Shown piece after piece: positions 1 through 8,867 of a stretch of 17,288 bases of DNA; position 1 is the stretch's first letter, and every line of letters starts with the position of its first letter. The stretch comes from a bacterium (GTDB taxonomy: Bacteria; Electryoneota; Electryoneia; Electryoneales; Electryoneaceae): contig JAZDLX010000176.1 in assembly GCA_043801585.1 (NCBI GenBank), positions 1-17,288 of the forward strand, given 5' to 3'. The notes beneath the pieces were generated by a model, which did not search any database, had not been told where the DNA came from, and was given only the letters and a program-made list of their open reading frames with translations. A program made the position numbers and the translations under genes.

Positions 1-180
1 CACATCAACGGAATTGAGAGCTTCTGGGGCTACGCGAAATCTCGTCTTGCCCGCTTTCGTGGAGTGCCTCGAAACACTTTTTATCTGCATCTTAAAGAAT
101 GTGAGTTCCGCTTCAACAACAGACGCGAAGATCTATACCAATTGCTCTTGAAAATCCTTCGCGATAATCCCTTGTTCTAG
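1..180 (+). CDS. IS1595-family (IS1016-like) transposase, C-terminal part (5' truncated by window)
   Basis: Not in the ORF track. Frame +1 translates to HINGIESFWGYAKSRLARFRGVPRNTFYLHLKECEFRFNNRREDLYQLLLKILRDNPLF*, carrying the HINGIExFW...LHLKECEFRFN signature of IS1595/IS1016 DDE transposases. Stop TAG at 178-180. Confidence 0.92.
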   Translation, partial: HINGIESFWGYAKSRLARFRGVPRNTFYLHLKECEFRFNNRREDLYQLLLKILRDNPLF

Positions 181-189
181 GGATGATCC
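1..189 (+). mobile_element. Right end of IS1595-family insertion sequence; probable IRR ending ...CTAGGGATGATCC at ~189
   Basis: The transposase stop sits in the putative terminus (reverse complement GGATCATCCCTAG), and composition switches abruptly to AT-rich DNA at ~190. The left end is outside the window, so the IR and TSD cannot be confirmed. Confidence 0.7.
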
Positions 190-463
190 TATCTGAATTA
201 TTAATTCTCAGTGGTTTATGATAATTTAAACCTTTAAATAGTAAAGATTGAAAGGTTCCCTTATCATTTAGAATAATATCCTTATAATGCTCTTGTTTAT
301 TTGTAAATATTAACACATTACCTTCATGATAATCGAGAAGTCGTTCAAATATATTGTAACCAAGATTTCTTGAACGAAATAAAAAGTCGCCACCTCCACT
401 ACCACGAACATAAATGTTGTGGTTGGAACTGACGACATTCGATAAAACAGTTGAAATGTCCAA
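190..463 (-). pseudogene. AT-rich hypothetical gene fragment interrupted by the IS
   Basis: The frame stays open across very AT-rich DNA (MDISTVLSN...PLRINNSDR) and then reads into the IS end. The residues from 189 to 113 are IS read-through. TTG start is uncertain. Confidence 0.45.
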
Positions 464-472
464 ATCGCAGTT

Positions 473-1630
473 CTAACTAGCCTTGCTCGCCTCTTTGATG
501 ATGTTACGGGCGATCACGAGACGCTGGATCTGGTTCGTGCCCTCGTAGATCTGTGTGATCTTGGCGTCGCGCATGAATTTCTCCACCGGGTAGTCGCGCA
601 TGTAGCCGTACCCGCCGAAGATCTGCACGGCATCCGTGGTCACCTTCATCGCTACATCGGACGCCTTCACCTTGCACATCGCCGATTCCTTCGAGAAGCT
701 CTTCACTCCTTCGTCAATCATGCGTGTGGTCGCGTAGAGCAGGGCGCGGGTCGCCTCCACTTCAGTCGCCATGTCGGCGAGCAGGTTCTGGATCGACTGG
801 AAGCTGGCGATGCTCTGGCCGAACTGCTCGCGCTGCTTGGCGTACTGGACCGCGAGGTCGAGAGCACCCTGGGCGATGCCAAGCGCCTGGGCGGCGACGC
901 CGGGACGGCTTTTATCGAGGGTCTTCATCGCCACCATAAATCCCTCACCCTCCTTGCCGATCATGTTCTCGGCAGGAACCTCGCAGTCCTCAAAGATCAG
1001 CTCACGGGTGGCGGAGGCGCGAATGCCCATCTTGTCCTCCTCTTTGCCGTAGGAGAATCCGGGCGTTCCCTCTTCGACGATAAATGCCGTGGCGCCACGC
1101 GATCCCTTTTCGGGATCGGTGCTGGCGATGATCGTGTAGATTTTCGCTTCGCCGCCGTTGGTGATGAAAACCTTGGTCCCGTTGAGGATGTATTTGTCGC
1201 CTTTCTTCACCGCTCTCGTCTGGATGCTGCCTGCGTCGGAACCGGCGGAGGGCTCGGTCAGTCCGAACGCCGCAAGCATTTTGCCTTCGGCGAGTCCGGG
1301 AAGGTACTTGTCCTTCTGTTGCTTGGTTCCGTTGATCAGAATCGGGAAGGTTCCGAGCGCGCTGGCGGCAACGGAAAGAGCGATACCGCCACACCAGCGG
1401 GAGAGCTCTTCGGTGACAAGCACAAGGTCCATCACCCCGCGCCCCACGCCGCCGTACTCCTCCGGAACCCAAAGGCCGTAGAATCCGGAATCCGCGAAGA
1501 TCTTCACCAGGTCCCAGGGGAACGTACCATCGCGGTCATACTGTGCGGCCACAGGACGGATTTTTTCACGCCCGATACGGTTGGCGGTATCCAACAGTTC
1601 TTTCTGGAAATCGTCAAAGAAGTAATCCAT
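473..1630 (-). CDS. Acyl-CoA dehydrogenase (short-chain/butyryl-CoA dehydrogenase-like)
   Basis: AFGLTEPSAGSD, LNGTKVFITNG, KMGIRAS, QIFGGYGY and QIYEGTNQIQR (catalytic Glu) motifs. Start is ATG 1630 or GTG 1636. Confidence 0.95.
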   Translation of the reverse strand: MDYFFDDFQKELLDTANRIGREKIRPVAAQYDRDGTFPWDLVKIFADSGFYGLWVPEEYGGVGRGVMDLVLVTEELSRWCGGIALSVAASALGTFPILINGTKQQKDKYLPGLAEGKMLAAFGLTEPSAGSDAGSIQTRAVKKGDKYILNGTKVFITNGGEAKIYTIIASTDPEKGSRGATAFIVEEGTPGFSYGKEEDKMGIRASATRELIFEDCEVPAENMIGKEGEGFMVAMKTLDKSRPGVAAQALGIAQGALDLAVQYAKQREQFGQSIASFQSIQNLLADMATEVEATRALLYATTRMIDEGVKSFSKESAMCKVKASDVAMKVTTDAVQIFGGYGYMRDYPVEKFMRDAKITQIYEGTNQIQRLVIARNIIKEASKAS

Positions 1631-1645
1631 AATCACCCCAGGTTT

Positions 1646-2404
1646 TCAGTCACCGCTCAGGCCGAACCGTTCGGTGGCTTCTTTCGCCGCCTGCTGCTCC
1701 GCCTGCTTCTTGCTTCGCCCAACTCCGCGCCCGACCGCTTCGTCATTGACCAGCACCTCGACGTGAAAGGTCTTGGCGTGGTCGGGGCCGTCCTCGGAGA
1801 GGACATGATAGATCGGGTGACCCAGTCCCCGCCCCTGCACATGTTCGAGCAGAAGGCTTTTATAGTTTTTTTCTTTTTCACGGATCAGCCGGTGATCGAG
1901 ATCATGGGTGATGAATTTCCGGATGAACCGTTCGGCGGGCTCCATCCCGCCATCCAGATAAATCGCGCCGATGACAGCTTCGAGGGCGTCCTCGAGGATG
2001 CTGCGGCGGTTGCGCCCACCGCTGCGTTCCTCGCCTGCCGAAAGCTGCATGAATCCGCCCAACCCCATCTTTCGACCCTTGTTGGCGAGTTGTCGACCTG
2101 AGACAACGAGGCTTTTCAGCCGGGTCAGATGCCCCTCGCGGGATGTCGGGTACTCGTCATAAAGCTGTTTGGCAACAATCAGGTCAAGCACGGCATCGCC
2201 AAGGAACTCCAGCCGCTCGTTCGCCAATGCACGTGCCTCACCGGTCTGAAAGATAATCGACCGGTGTTTCAGTGCGCTGTCGAGCAGTGAAGGATCCCGG
2301 AAACGATAATCTGCCAGATACTCAAACTGTTTCAGTGTCCTTACCGCACCAGGCCGGATTGTAGCCTTTTTACGCCACAGCCAAAGCGGCAGCCTCAAAC
2401 CCAC
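1646..2404 (-). CDS. rnc: Ribonuclease III
   Basis: NERLEFLGDAVL signature, DALEAVIGAIYLD, and C-terminal dsRBD (GPDHAKTF, GRSKKQAEQQAA). Start reassigned to GTG 2404, after GGGAGG just past the fabF stop. Confidence 0.95.
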   Translation of the reverse strand: MGLRLPLWLWRKKATIRPGAVRTLKQFEYLADYRFRDPSLLDSALKHRSIIFQTGEARALANERLEFLGDAVLDLIVAKQLYDEYPTSREGHLTRLKSLVVSGRQLANKGRKMGLGGFMQLSAGEERSGGRNRRSILEDALEAVIGAIYLDGGMEPAERFIRKFITHDLDHRLIREKEKNYKSLLLEHVQGRGLGHPIYHVLSEDGPDHAKTFHVEVLVNDEAVGRGVGRSKKQAEQQAAKEATERFGLSGD

Positions 2405-2420
2405 CGTGCACCCTCCCAGG

Positions 2421-3662
2421 TCAGGCTTCCACGCGGCGCAATACAAGCGTGGCGTTATGCCCACCGAATCCAAAGGTATTCGACATCGCCACCTTGAGGT
2501 CCCGTTTGACAGCGGTGTTCGGTGTGTAGTCGAGATCGCACTCCGGATCGGGAGTTTCGTAGTTGATCGTCGGGGGAACAATTCCATTTCGCAGTGCCTG
2601 CGAACAGGCGAAGGCTTCCACCACTCCCGCCGCACCGAGCAGATGCCCCGTCATCGACTTCGTGGAACTGATCGCCATCTTCCGAGCATGCTCGCCGAAT
2701 GCTGTCTTGATCGCCGTCGTCTCGTTCTTATCGTTCAGCTCCGTGGAAGTTCCGTGGGCGTTCAGATAATCCACTTCCTCCGGACGTATTCCCGCATTGA
2801 CCATCGCTGCACGCATGGAACGGACAGCTCCCTCACCCTCGGGCGCGGGGGCTGTCAGATGGTAGGCGTCCGCGCTGAAACCATAACCAAGCAGTTCCGC
2901 CAGGGGGGTTCCTCCGCGGGCATTCATGTGTTCTTCGGTTTCAAGAATCAGGGTCGCCGCGCCTTCACCGATAACGAAACCGTCACGATCCTTGTCAAAG
3001 GGCCGCGAAGCTTTCTCCGGGGCGTCATTGCGCGTGGACAAGGCGTGCATCGCGTTGAATCCTCCGATCCCTATCCGGCTGATTGGTGCTTCCGTTCCGC
3101 CCGCAACGACAACATCTGCGTCTCCGGCGCGGAGGTGCATCAGGGCGAGACCGATAACGTGTGACGACGTCGCACAGGCGCTCTGCACACCGTAGTTCAC
3201 CCCCTTGAAACCCCAGCGTATGCTGATGTACCCGGGTACGATGTCGCCGATCATCATCGGCACGAAGAGGGGCGAGATGCGGCTGGGACCCTCCGTATGC
3301 ATTCGGATGACCTGCTCCTGGTAGGTATCCATCCCGCCGATCCCGGAACCGTAGACAACACCTATGCGGTCGCCATTGGTCTTGTCCTGATTAAGTCCGG
3401 AGGATTCAACTGCCTCGATGGCGCTGATCATGGCAAGTTGGGTGAAACGGTCCATTCGCTTGAGCTCCTTCCTGTCCAGGAAGGCGCCCGGATCGAGCCC
3501 TTTCACCGCACAAGCAAATCGGGTACGGAAACTGGATGTGTCAAAAGACGTGATCGTAGCAGCACCGGATTTCCCCGCTACCATCGCATTCCACGTCTCT
3601 CCCGCATTCGTCCCCAACGGAGAAACAACCCCCATTCCCGTTACAAAAATTCGTTTTGGCAT
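2421..3662 (-). CDS. fabF: Beta-ketoacyl-ACP synthase II
   Basis: SACATS catalytic Cys, NAHGTST and KSMTGHLLGAAG His motifs, SNTFGFGGHN. Confidence 0.97.
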   Translation of the reverse strand: MPKRIFVTGMGVVSPLGTNAGETWNAMVAGKSGAATITSFDTSSFRTRFACAVKGLDPGAFLDRKELKRMDRFTQLAMISAIEAVESSGLNQDKTNGDRIGVVYGSGIGGMDTYQEQVIRMHTEGPSRISPLFVPMMIGDIVPGYISIRWGFKGVNYGVQSACATSSHVIGLALMHLRAGDADVVVAGGTEAPISRIGIGGFNAMHALSTRNDAPEKASRPFDKDRDGFVIGEGAATLILETEEHMNARGGTPLAELLGYGFSADAYHLTAPAPEGEGAVRSMRAAMVNAGIRPEEVDYLNAHGTSTELNDKNETTAIKTAFGEHARKMAISSTKSMTGHLLGAAGVVEAFACSQALRNGIVPPTINYETPDPECDLDYTPNTAVKRDLKVAMSNTFGFGGHNATLVLRRVEA

Positions 3663-3688
3663 GCCACTGCATCCCTTCGCAGGCCGGT

Positions 3689-3931
3689 TTAGCCCAGCTT
3701 GCTTTCGAGATAGTCGATAGCCGAGCCGACGGTCTGCAGTTTGTCTGCGTCCTCGTCGGGAATCTCGATGCCAAATGCCTCTTCAAAGGCCATCACAAGC
3801 TCGACCGTGTCAAGAGAATCGGCGCCCAGGTCATCAATAAACGAAGCTTCCATCGTCACTTCGTTGATGTCCACACCGAGCTGATCGGCGATGATATCCT
3901 TCACCTTTTGAATCTGCTCCGCACTTGCCAT
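3689..3931 (-). CDS. acpP: Acyl carrier protein
   Basis: [14 protein letters not shown] phosphopantetheine site, acidic 80 aa, GGAGG SD upstream. Confidence 0.98.
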   Translation of the reverse strand: MASAEQIQKVKDIIADQLGVDINEVTMEASFIDDLGADSLDTVELVMAFEEAFGIEIPDEDADKLQTVGSAIDYLESKLG

Positions 3932-4018
3932 GGTAGGCTTCCTCCGTAAGAATGTTGAATGATGGTATGTGTACGAATTGTTTCCAAGTGTTGCAAAGAT
4001 ACAAAACGTAAAATCCCT

Positions 4019-4762
4019 CTACATCACCATCCCGCCATCAATGTGAATCACTTGTCCGGTGATATATGAGGCATCCGGCGACGCAAGAAAACTGACAACA
4101 CCGGCGACATCCTCCGGCGATCCCGGGCGGCCAAGTGGAGTCACCTGCAGGAATTGTTCACGAACCGCCGTAGGCAGCACGGCCGTCATCTCGGTTTCGA
4201 TGTATCCCGGTGCGACGGCGTTCACAGTTACTCCGCGAGGCGCAAGCTCCTTTGCGGAACTCTTCGTCAGCCCAATCAATCCAGCCTTGCTCGCGGCATA
4301 GTTAGCCTGGCCCGCATTTCCCATCACACCGACAACGCTGGCGATGTTGACGATCCTGCCGCTCTTCTGCTTCATCATCGGACGTGTGACCGCCCTGGTG
4401 CAAAGGAATGCACCTTTCAGGTTGATCTTGATCACCAGGTCCCAGTCTTCTTCCTTCATCCGCATGATCAGGGTGTCGCGTGTGATCCCGGCGTTGTTGA
4501 CAAGAATATCCAGCCGTCCCCAGGTCTCAAGAATCTGGTTTACGGTGTTTTCAACTGCTTTGCTGTCGGAAACGTCCGAGGCGACCGCCATCGTGTCAAA
4601 CCCCTGAGCTTTCAATTCTTTAGCGGTATTCACGGCCAACTCTTCAACGACATCATGGATCACGAGTCGGGCGCCGTCACGTCCGAGACGTTCGGCGATT
4701 GCCTTTCCGATTCCCCGGCCACTGCCGGTAACCCAGGCCACCTGATCCTTCAATATGCTCAT
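4019..4762 (-). CDS. fabG: 3-oxoacyl-ACP reductase
   Basis: TGSGRGIG, NNAGITRD and YAASK SDR motifs; position in the fab cluster. Confidence 0.97.
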   Translation of the reverse strand: MSILKDQVAWVTGSGRGIGKAIAERLGRDGARLVIHDVVEELAVNTAKELKAQGFDTMAVASDVSDSKAVENTVNQILETWGRLDILVNNAGITRDTLIMRMKEEDWDLVIKINLKGAFLCTRAVTRPMMKQKSGRIVNIASVVGVMGNAGQANYAASKAGLIGLTKSSAKELAPRGVTVNAVAPGYIETEMTAVLPTAVREQFLQVTPLGRPGSPEDVAGVVSFLASPDASYITGQVIHIDGGMVM

Positions 4763-4832
4763 GGTCTACTCCATCGTAGTTCTTACCGGTCCGCCATCCA
4801 GATTACACCGTGCACCTCGAAAACGTGAGCGG

Positions 4833-5768
4833 TCACCCCATGGCAGCATGGAAAGCGGATACCTGCTCACAGTCTCCCACACTCATCACTTGGGCGTGGG
4901 GAAGAATGCGTTTGGTCAGACCCTGAAGCACGGAACCCGGACCGACTTCGACGAACATTTCCACACCGTTCGACGACATGTTGCGAATTGTTTCGATCCA
5001 TCGCACCGGACTGGTCAACTGTGCAATCAATCCCGCGCGGATTTCGTCAGGATCGGTTGTCGGTTTCGCACTCACGTTCTGGTATATCGAAACATTCGGA
5101 GGGCGGATTGCCGCAGCCCGGACTTTCTCCGCCAGTTTTTCCGCTGCGGGTGCCATCAACGGGCTGTGAAAAGCGCCGGAAACATTCAGTCTCATTGCGC
5201 GGCGTGCGTTTTTCTCTTTCGCCAGTTCGATAGCGCGGTCGACAGCCACCACATCCCCCGAGATCGCGATCTGCCCGGGAGCATTCAGGTTCGCAGCAAC
5301 AACGATCCCATTACCGTTGGAGGCCTTTTTGCATAATTCTTCGACAACTTCCGGCTCCAGCCCGAGGATCGCCGCCATTGTCCCGGGACGCTCGTCACCA
5401 GCGTTCTGCATCAGCTCCCCGCGGAGAGCGACAATCTCCAGGGCCTGATCAAATCCCAACGCGCCCGAGGCAACCAACGCCGAGTATTCGCCCAGGCTGT
5501 GACCGGCGGCTGCCGACATGTGCAGCCCTCTCGGCGAAATCAGCTGGGAGACGATGACACTATGAACGAAGATGGCGGGCTGGGTCACACGCGTCTGCGT
5601 CAACTCTTCCGATGGGCCTTCAAACGACAGCTTCAGCAGGTCGAAAGGAAGCCGCTCCGCAGCACGATCGTAGAAAGCCCTCGCCAGAGGTTCGTTTTCA
5701 TACAGATCACGTCCCATTCCGACGTATTGCGAAGCCTGCCCCGGGAAAAGAAAGACGGTGTCGTTCAT
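4833..5768 (-). CDS. fabD: Malonyl-CoA:ACP transacylase
   Basis: FPGQASQYVGM, GHSLGEY, SGAFHS, EVGPG. Confidence 0.97.
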   Translation of the reverse strand: MNDTVFLFPGQASQYVGMGRDLYENEPLARAFYDRAAERLPFDLLKLSFEGPSEELTQTRVTQPAIFVHSVIVSQLISPRGLHMSAAAGHSLGEYSALVASGALGFDQALEIVALRGELMQNAGDERPGTMAAILGLEPEVVEELCKKASNGNGIVVAANLNAPGQIAISGDVVAVDRAIELAKEKNARRAMRLNVSGAFHSPLMAPAAEKLAEKVRAAAIRPPNVSIYQNVSAKPTTDPDEIRAGLIAQLTSPVRWIETIRNMSSNGVEMFVEVGPGSVLQGLTKRILPHAQVMSVGDCEQVSAFHAAMG

Positions 5769-5800
5769 GATCTCGCCAGTTTCTTGCCTGACATCGTTGC

Positions 5801-6802
5801 TTACAGCCTTATCACCGCACTGCCCCAGGTAAACCCGCCGCCGAAGGCGACGAAGAGGACCACATCGCCCTCTTTTACAAGCCCTCCACGGCGGACTTCA
5901 TCAAAGGCAATCGGTATCGATGCGGAGGAGGTATTGCCGTACCGTTCGACGTTGATGTACACCTTCTCCTGCGGCAAATTGAGCCGTTTGACTGTCGCAT
6001 CGATGATGCGGATATTGGCCTGATGCGGGATCATCAGATCGAGATCATCAGACGTCAGGCCAGCGCGCTCGAGGCCAATCACCGCCGCGTCGCCCATGGT
6101 CTTGACAGCATGTTTGAACACTTCGTTCCCTGCCATGTGGATCGTAAACTCCTCGGGAGGGAGGTTGCGGTCCGTCCCCGGAGCAAGGGTACCACCGCCC
6201 CTTGAATAGAGCAGGTGGGCCAGGTTCCCATTGGATCCAGTGTAGGTGGCCAGAATGCCTCTTCCATTGCCTGTCGCTGGGACCACAACGGCTGCCCCGG
6301 CGCCATCACCGAAGAGCACGCAGGTACTGCGATCCTTCCAATTGACCATGCTCGTCAGGATTTCCGCGCCAATGACAAGGACATTTTGCGCGCGTCCACC
6401 ACGGATCAGACTGTCCGCCATCTCCAAAGCGTAGATGAATCCACTGCAGGCCGCCTGGATGTCAAAAGATGCCGCATTGTCGGCGCCAAGGGCAGCCTGG
6501 ACAAAGTTGGAGCTCGCGGGAAACTTCATATCGCCGGTCACGGTGCCGACAATAATCCGGTCAAGCTCCGTGGCTTTCATGCCGGCGTCTTCGAGTGCCT
6601 TGCGCCCTGCTTCGATCGCAAAATCGGAAAGCGGTTGTCCCGGTTCGGCGACATATCGCGTCTTGATCCCCGTCCGCGAGGTGATCCACTCGTCCGTGGT
6701 GTCAACTATCTTCTCCAGATCCGCGTTTGTCAGCACCCGTACCGGAATGGCACGACCTGTACCGGCAATACGGGAAATGACAGGGAATGGTTTAACCGTC
6801 AT
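5801..6802 (-). CDS. fabH: Beta-ketoacyl-ACP synthase III
   Basis: AACSGF, LFGDGAGA, PHQAN and GNTSSAS (Cys-His-Asn triad). Start reassigned to ATG 6802 (GGAGAGG upstream), overlapping the plsX stop. Confidence 0.96.
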   Translation of the reverse strand: MTVKPFPVISRIAGTGRAIPVRVLTNADLEKIVDTTDEWITSRTGIKTRYVAEPGQPLSDFAIEAGRKALEDAGMKATELDRIIVGTVTGDMKFPASSNFVQAALGADNAASFDIQAACSGFIYALEMADSLIRGGRAQNVLVIGAEILTSMVNWKDRSTCVLFGDGAGAAVVVPATGNGRGILATYTGSNGNLAHLLYSRGGGTLAPGTDRNLPPEEFTIHMAGNEVFKHAVKTMGDAAVIGLERAGLTSDDLDLMIPHQANIRIIDATVKRLNLPQEKVYINVERYGNTSSASIPIAFDEVRRGGLVKEGDVVLFVAFGGGFTWGSAVIRL

Positions 6803-7838
6803 CGACTTCCTCTCCCCGTGCAAAGGGGTTCGAGAGCCACAGCGAGCGGCGCGAACGGAAGACCCTGTCACGCATCGCCTCGACTACCTTACCCCGAACC
6901 ATTTTGCTCGCCCAGCGCAACGCCTGTCCGACAGCCGTTGCACTACTCCGCCCGTGCCCGATGACCACTGTGCCATCGACACCGAGCAGGGTTGCCCCCC
7001 CGTATCTCCGGTAATCAAGATCCGCCAGCAAACCTGCGTCCGCGATGCTCAACCCCGATCCCTGCAACCGTTCCTGAAGAAGCTCTGGAATCGTTTCAGT
7101 GAATTTGAGGATGATATTGCCAACGAATCCGCTTGTCACGATGACATCCGCCCGATCTTTGAAAAGGTCGCCGCCTTCGATATTGCCGATGAAGTGCAGA
7201 TCGCTTCTCGCCAGCAGGCGGTAGGCGTCTCGTGTTCGTTCGTCGCCCTTATGCGCTTCCACGCCGATGTTCAACAGGGCGACTCGGGGGTTGACAACGC
7301 TGTACACTCGCTCAACGAACGCAGACCCCATGGCGGCAAACTGCACCAGATGCCCCGGTTTTGGATCCGCGACCGCGCCAGCATCCAACATGAACCCCAT
7401 CCCCTTCGCTCGAGGAAAGGGGGTGCCCAAAGCGGGCTTGTTGATCCATCGAATCATGCCGAGAAACGCTCGGCAGGCACCGACCACGGCCCCGGTGTTT
7501 CCCATGGAGATGAACGCCTGCACATTGCCGGCTTTCAAATCCTTGGCTGCCAGGACGATCGAACTGCTTTGCTTGGCCAGCAGTACATCGCGCGGGCGGT
7601 CGTCCATCTCGATGACATCGCTGGCGTCTACGATGTCGACCCGACTCCTGTCCACGCCACACCGCTCCAGCTCGCGGGCGATATCCGAAGCCGCCCCATA
7701 GAAGACCGGGCGAACCCCAGCAAGGGCTGACCCGGTATCATCAAGAGCGTTGTGGACACCTTCCACGACGGTCGAGAGACCGGGTTCACGTCCCGCAGCA
7801 TCCACTGCAACCCTGATCTTCACTCCGTCTTTGGACAC
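6792..7838 (-). CDS. plsX: Phosphate acyltransferase PlsX (divergent)
   Basis: VAVDA, SMGNTGA, LLNIGVEAHKG, FIGNIEG, GFVGN, YGGATLLG, HGRSS; canonical position between rpmF and fabH. Start is GTG 7838 or 7823. Confidence 0.9.
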   Translation of the reverse strand: MSKDGVKIRVAVDAAGREPGLSTVVEGVHNALDDTGSALAGVRPVFYGAASDIARELERCGVDRSRVDIVDASDVIEMDDRPRDVLLAKQSSSIVLAAKDLKAGNVQAFISMGNTGAVVGACRAFLGMIRWINKPALGTPFPRAKGMGFMLDAGAVADPKPGHLVQFAAMGSAFVERVYSVVNPRVALLNIGVEAHKGDERTRDAYRLLARSDLHFIGNIEGGDLFKDRADVIVTSGFVGNIILKFTETIPELLQERLQGSGLSIADAGLLADLDYRRYGGATLLGVDGTVVIGHGRSSATAVGQALRWASKMVRGKVVEAMRDRVFRSRRSLWLSNPFARGEEVDDG

Positions 7839-7848
7839 GCTGCTCTTC

Positions 7849-8031
7849 TTACTTGTTGCGCGAGGGACCGACTTCGCGGCCCTTGTACTGCCCGCATTCC
7901 GGGCACGCACGATGCGGCTTCATCCAAGCGCCGCAGCTCGGGCACTCGATTACGTTCTCGGGTTTCAAAGCAAGGTGTGCACGGCGTTTGTCACGGCGCG
8001 CACTGCTGGTACGTTTCTTCGGGACTGCCAC
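7849..8031 (-). CDS. rpmF: 50S ribosomal protein L32 (zinc-ribbon form)
   Basis: MAVPKKRTS..RRDKRR, CPSCG and HRACPECG motifs. Confidence 0.98.
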   Translation of the reverse strand: MAVPKKRTSSARRDKRRAHLALKPENVIECPSCGAWMKPHRACPECGQYKGREVGPSRNK

Positions 8032-8038
8032 AGTATCC

Positions 8039-8560
8039 TCAATCGTTATCCTCGCCGTCCTCCCCGGGCAGCGAAATGTTGTCGTTTTCTACGTCGTGTG
8101 GATAGTGATCGTAATGTTCACAGGCCTCTTCATTCCAGTCGACATAACAGACCGGACAAAGACCCTTGCAATCCGGTTTGCATAGCGTTTTCAGCGGAAC
8201 ATTCAGCAGGATGGCATCGACAATGTCGTCGCTCAGATCCGCTTCGCTCCCCTGTGTGCCAATGAACAAAAGCCCGTCCGATTCCTCTTCTCCGCTGTCG
8301 TGCGCATCCCGCCGCAGCACGATCACACGTGCGGAAACATCAAACGGACGGTCAAATTCCACCGCGCAACGGTCACAGACGAAATGAACTTGGGTGCTGA
8401 TCTCAAGCTGCACGTCCACCTTGGCGTCGTCCATATCCGCTGTGCCTAAAATCCGCACCGGCTGATGGAACACGTCGGCTTCGAGCCCAAGCACTCCCGG
8501 GTCAAGCCTTTCCTCAACCCGGTTCCGGCCCTCTCGCAGCGACGGCAGGCGTAGCTTCAT
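8039..8560 (-). CDS. yceD: DUF177/YceD family ribosome maturation protein
   Basis: CDRC and LCKPDCKGLCPVC motifs; immediately upstream of rpmF. Confidence 0.92.
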   Translation of the reverse strand: MKLRLPSLREGRNRVEERLDPGVLGLEADVFHQPVRILGTADMDDAKVDVQLEISTQVHFVCDRCAVEFDRPFDVSARVIVLRRDAHDSGEEESDGLLFIGTQGSEADLSDDIVDAILLNVPLKTLCKPDCKGLCPVCYVDWNEEACEHYDHYPHDVENDNISLPGEDGEDND

Positions 8561-8569
8561 AGGCCCGTA

Positions 8570-8598
8570 AACGTAACACGAGGCACCCTGCGGAGCAA
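8570..8598 (-). promoter_or_regulatory. Putative sigma70 promoter of the yceD-fab operon (TTGCTC-N17-TACGTT, extended -10 TG)
   Basis: Minus strand reads TTGCTC cgcagggtgcctcgtgt TACGTT tacgggcct ATG. Confidence 0.55.
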
Positions 8599-8703
8599 GG
8601 GCGCAACGGCCATTCGCCTCCCCCGCAGTGACTCCTGCTGCTCCACGTAACTCTTCATCTTTCCGGCACTTCGCGTAATGCTGTAATCCGCTTTCGGGCT
8701 GTC

Positions 8704-8723
8704 GGATGATATTTATATCATCC
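8704..8723. promoter_or_regulatory. AT-rich dyad GGATGATAT-TT-ATATCATCC, candidate operator
   Basis: Perfect 9-bp arms with a 2-nt spacer, ~105 bp upstream of the putative -35. Function is inferred only. Confidence 0.3.
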
Positions 8724-8730
8724 CCTGGAC

Positions 8731-8818
8731 GCAGAAAATGTACCAGGTACTCTACTGCTATGAGTGCTCATGTCACTGAAGAATACTTATCACCTTTGTA
8801 CCTGGTACATTTTTCTGC
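8731..8818. repeat. ~85-bp inverted-repeat (MITE/REPIN-like) element, copy A
   Basis: Arms GCAGAAAATGTACCAGGTAC (8731-8750) and GTACCTGGTACATTTTTCTGC (8798-8818). The internal spacer is colinear with copy B at 13041-13124. Confidence 0.85.
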
Positions 8819-8867
8819 TGATATCAAGAGAGGCACGGGCATCTCGGCACTCGATAGAATGCAGTAT

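Noticed and set aside
2405..2635. N-terminal extensions of rnc (and similarly fabH to 6871, plsX to 7910)
   Set aside because: They overlap upstream genes; better starts with SD sites lie downstream.
3950..4005. Internal acpP promoter (TATCTTTG Bacteroidota-like or TTGCAA-N17-TACACA)
   Set aside because: The AT-rich gap suggests a promoter, but several weak readings compete and none can be chosen from sequence alone.
2421..6802. Type II PKS/aryl-polyene cluster
   Set aside because: Canonical primary FAS-II gene order with rpmF, plsX and rnc; no chain-length factor or tailoring genes.
724..8387. Many long plus-strand or alternate-frame ORFs over the fab genes (also 13424-17275)
   Set aside because: Antisense or shadow frames of GC-rich genes, with no motifs.
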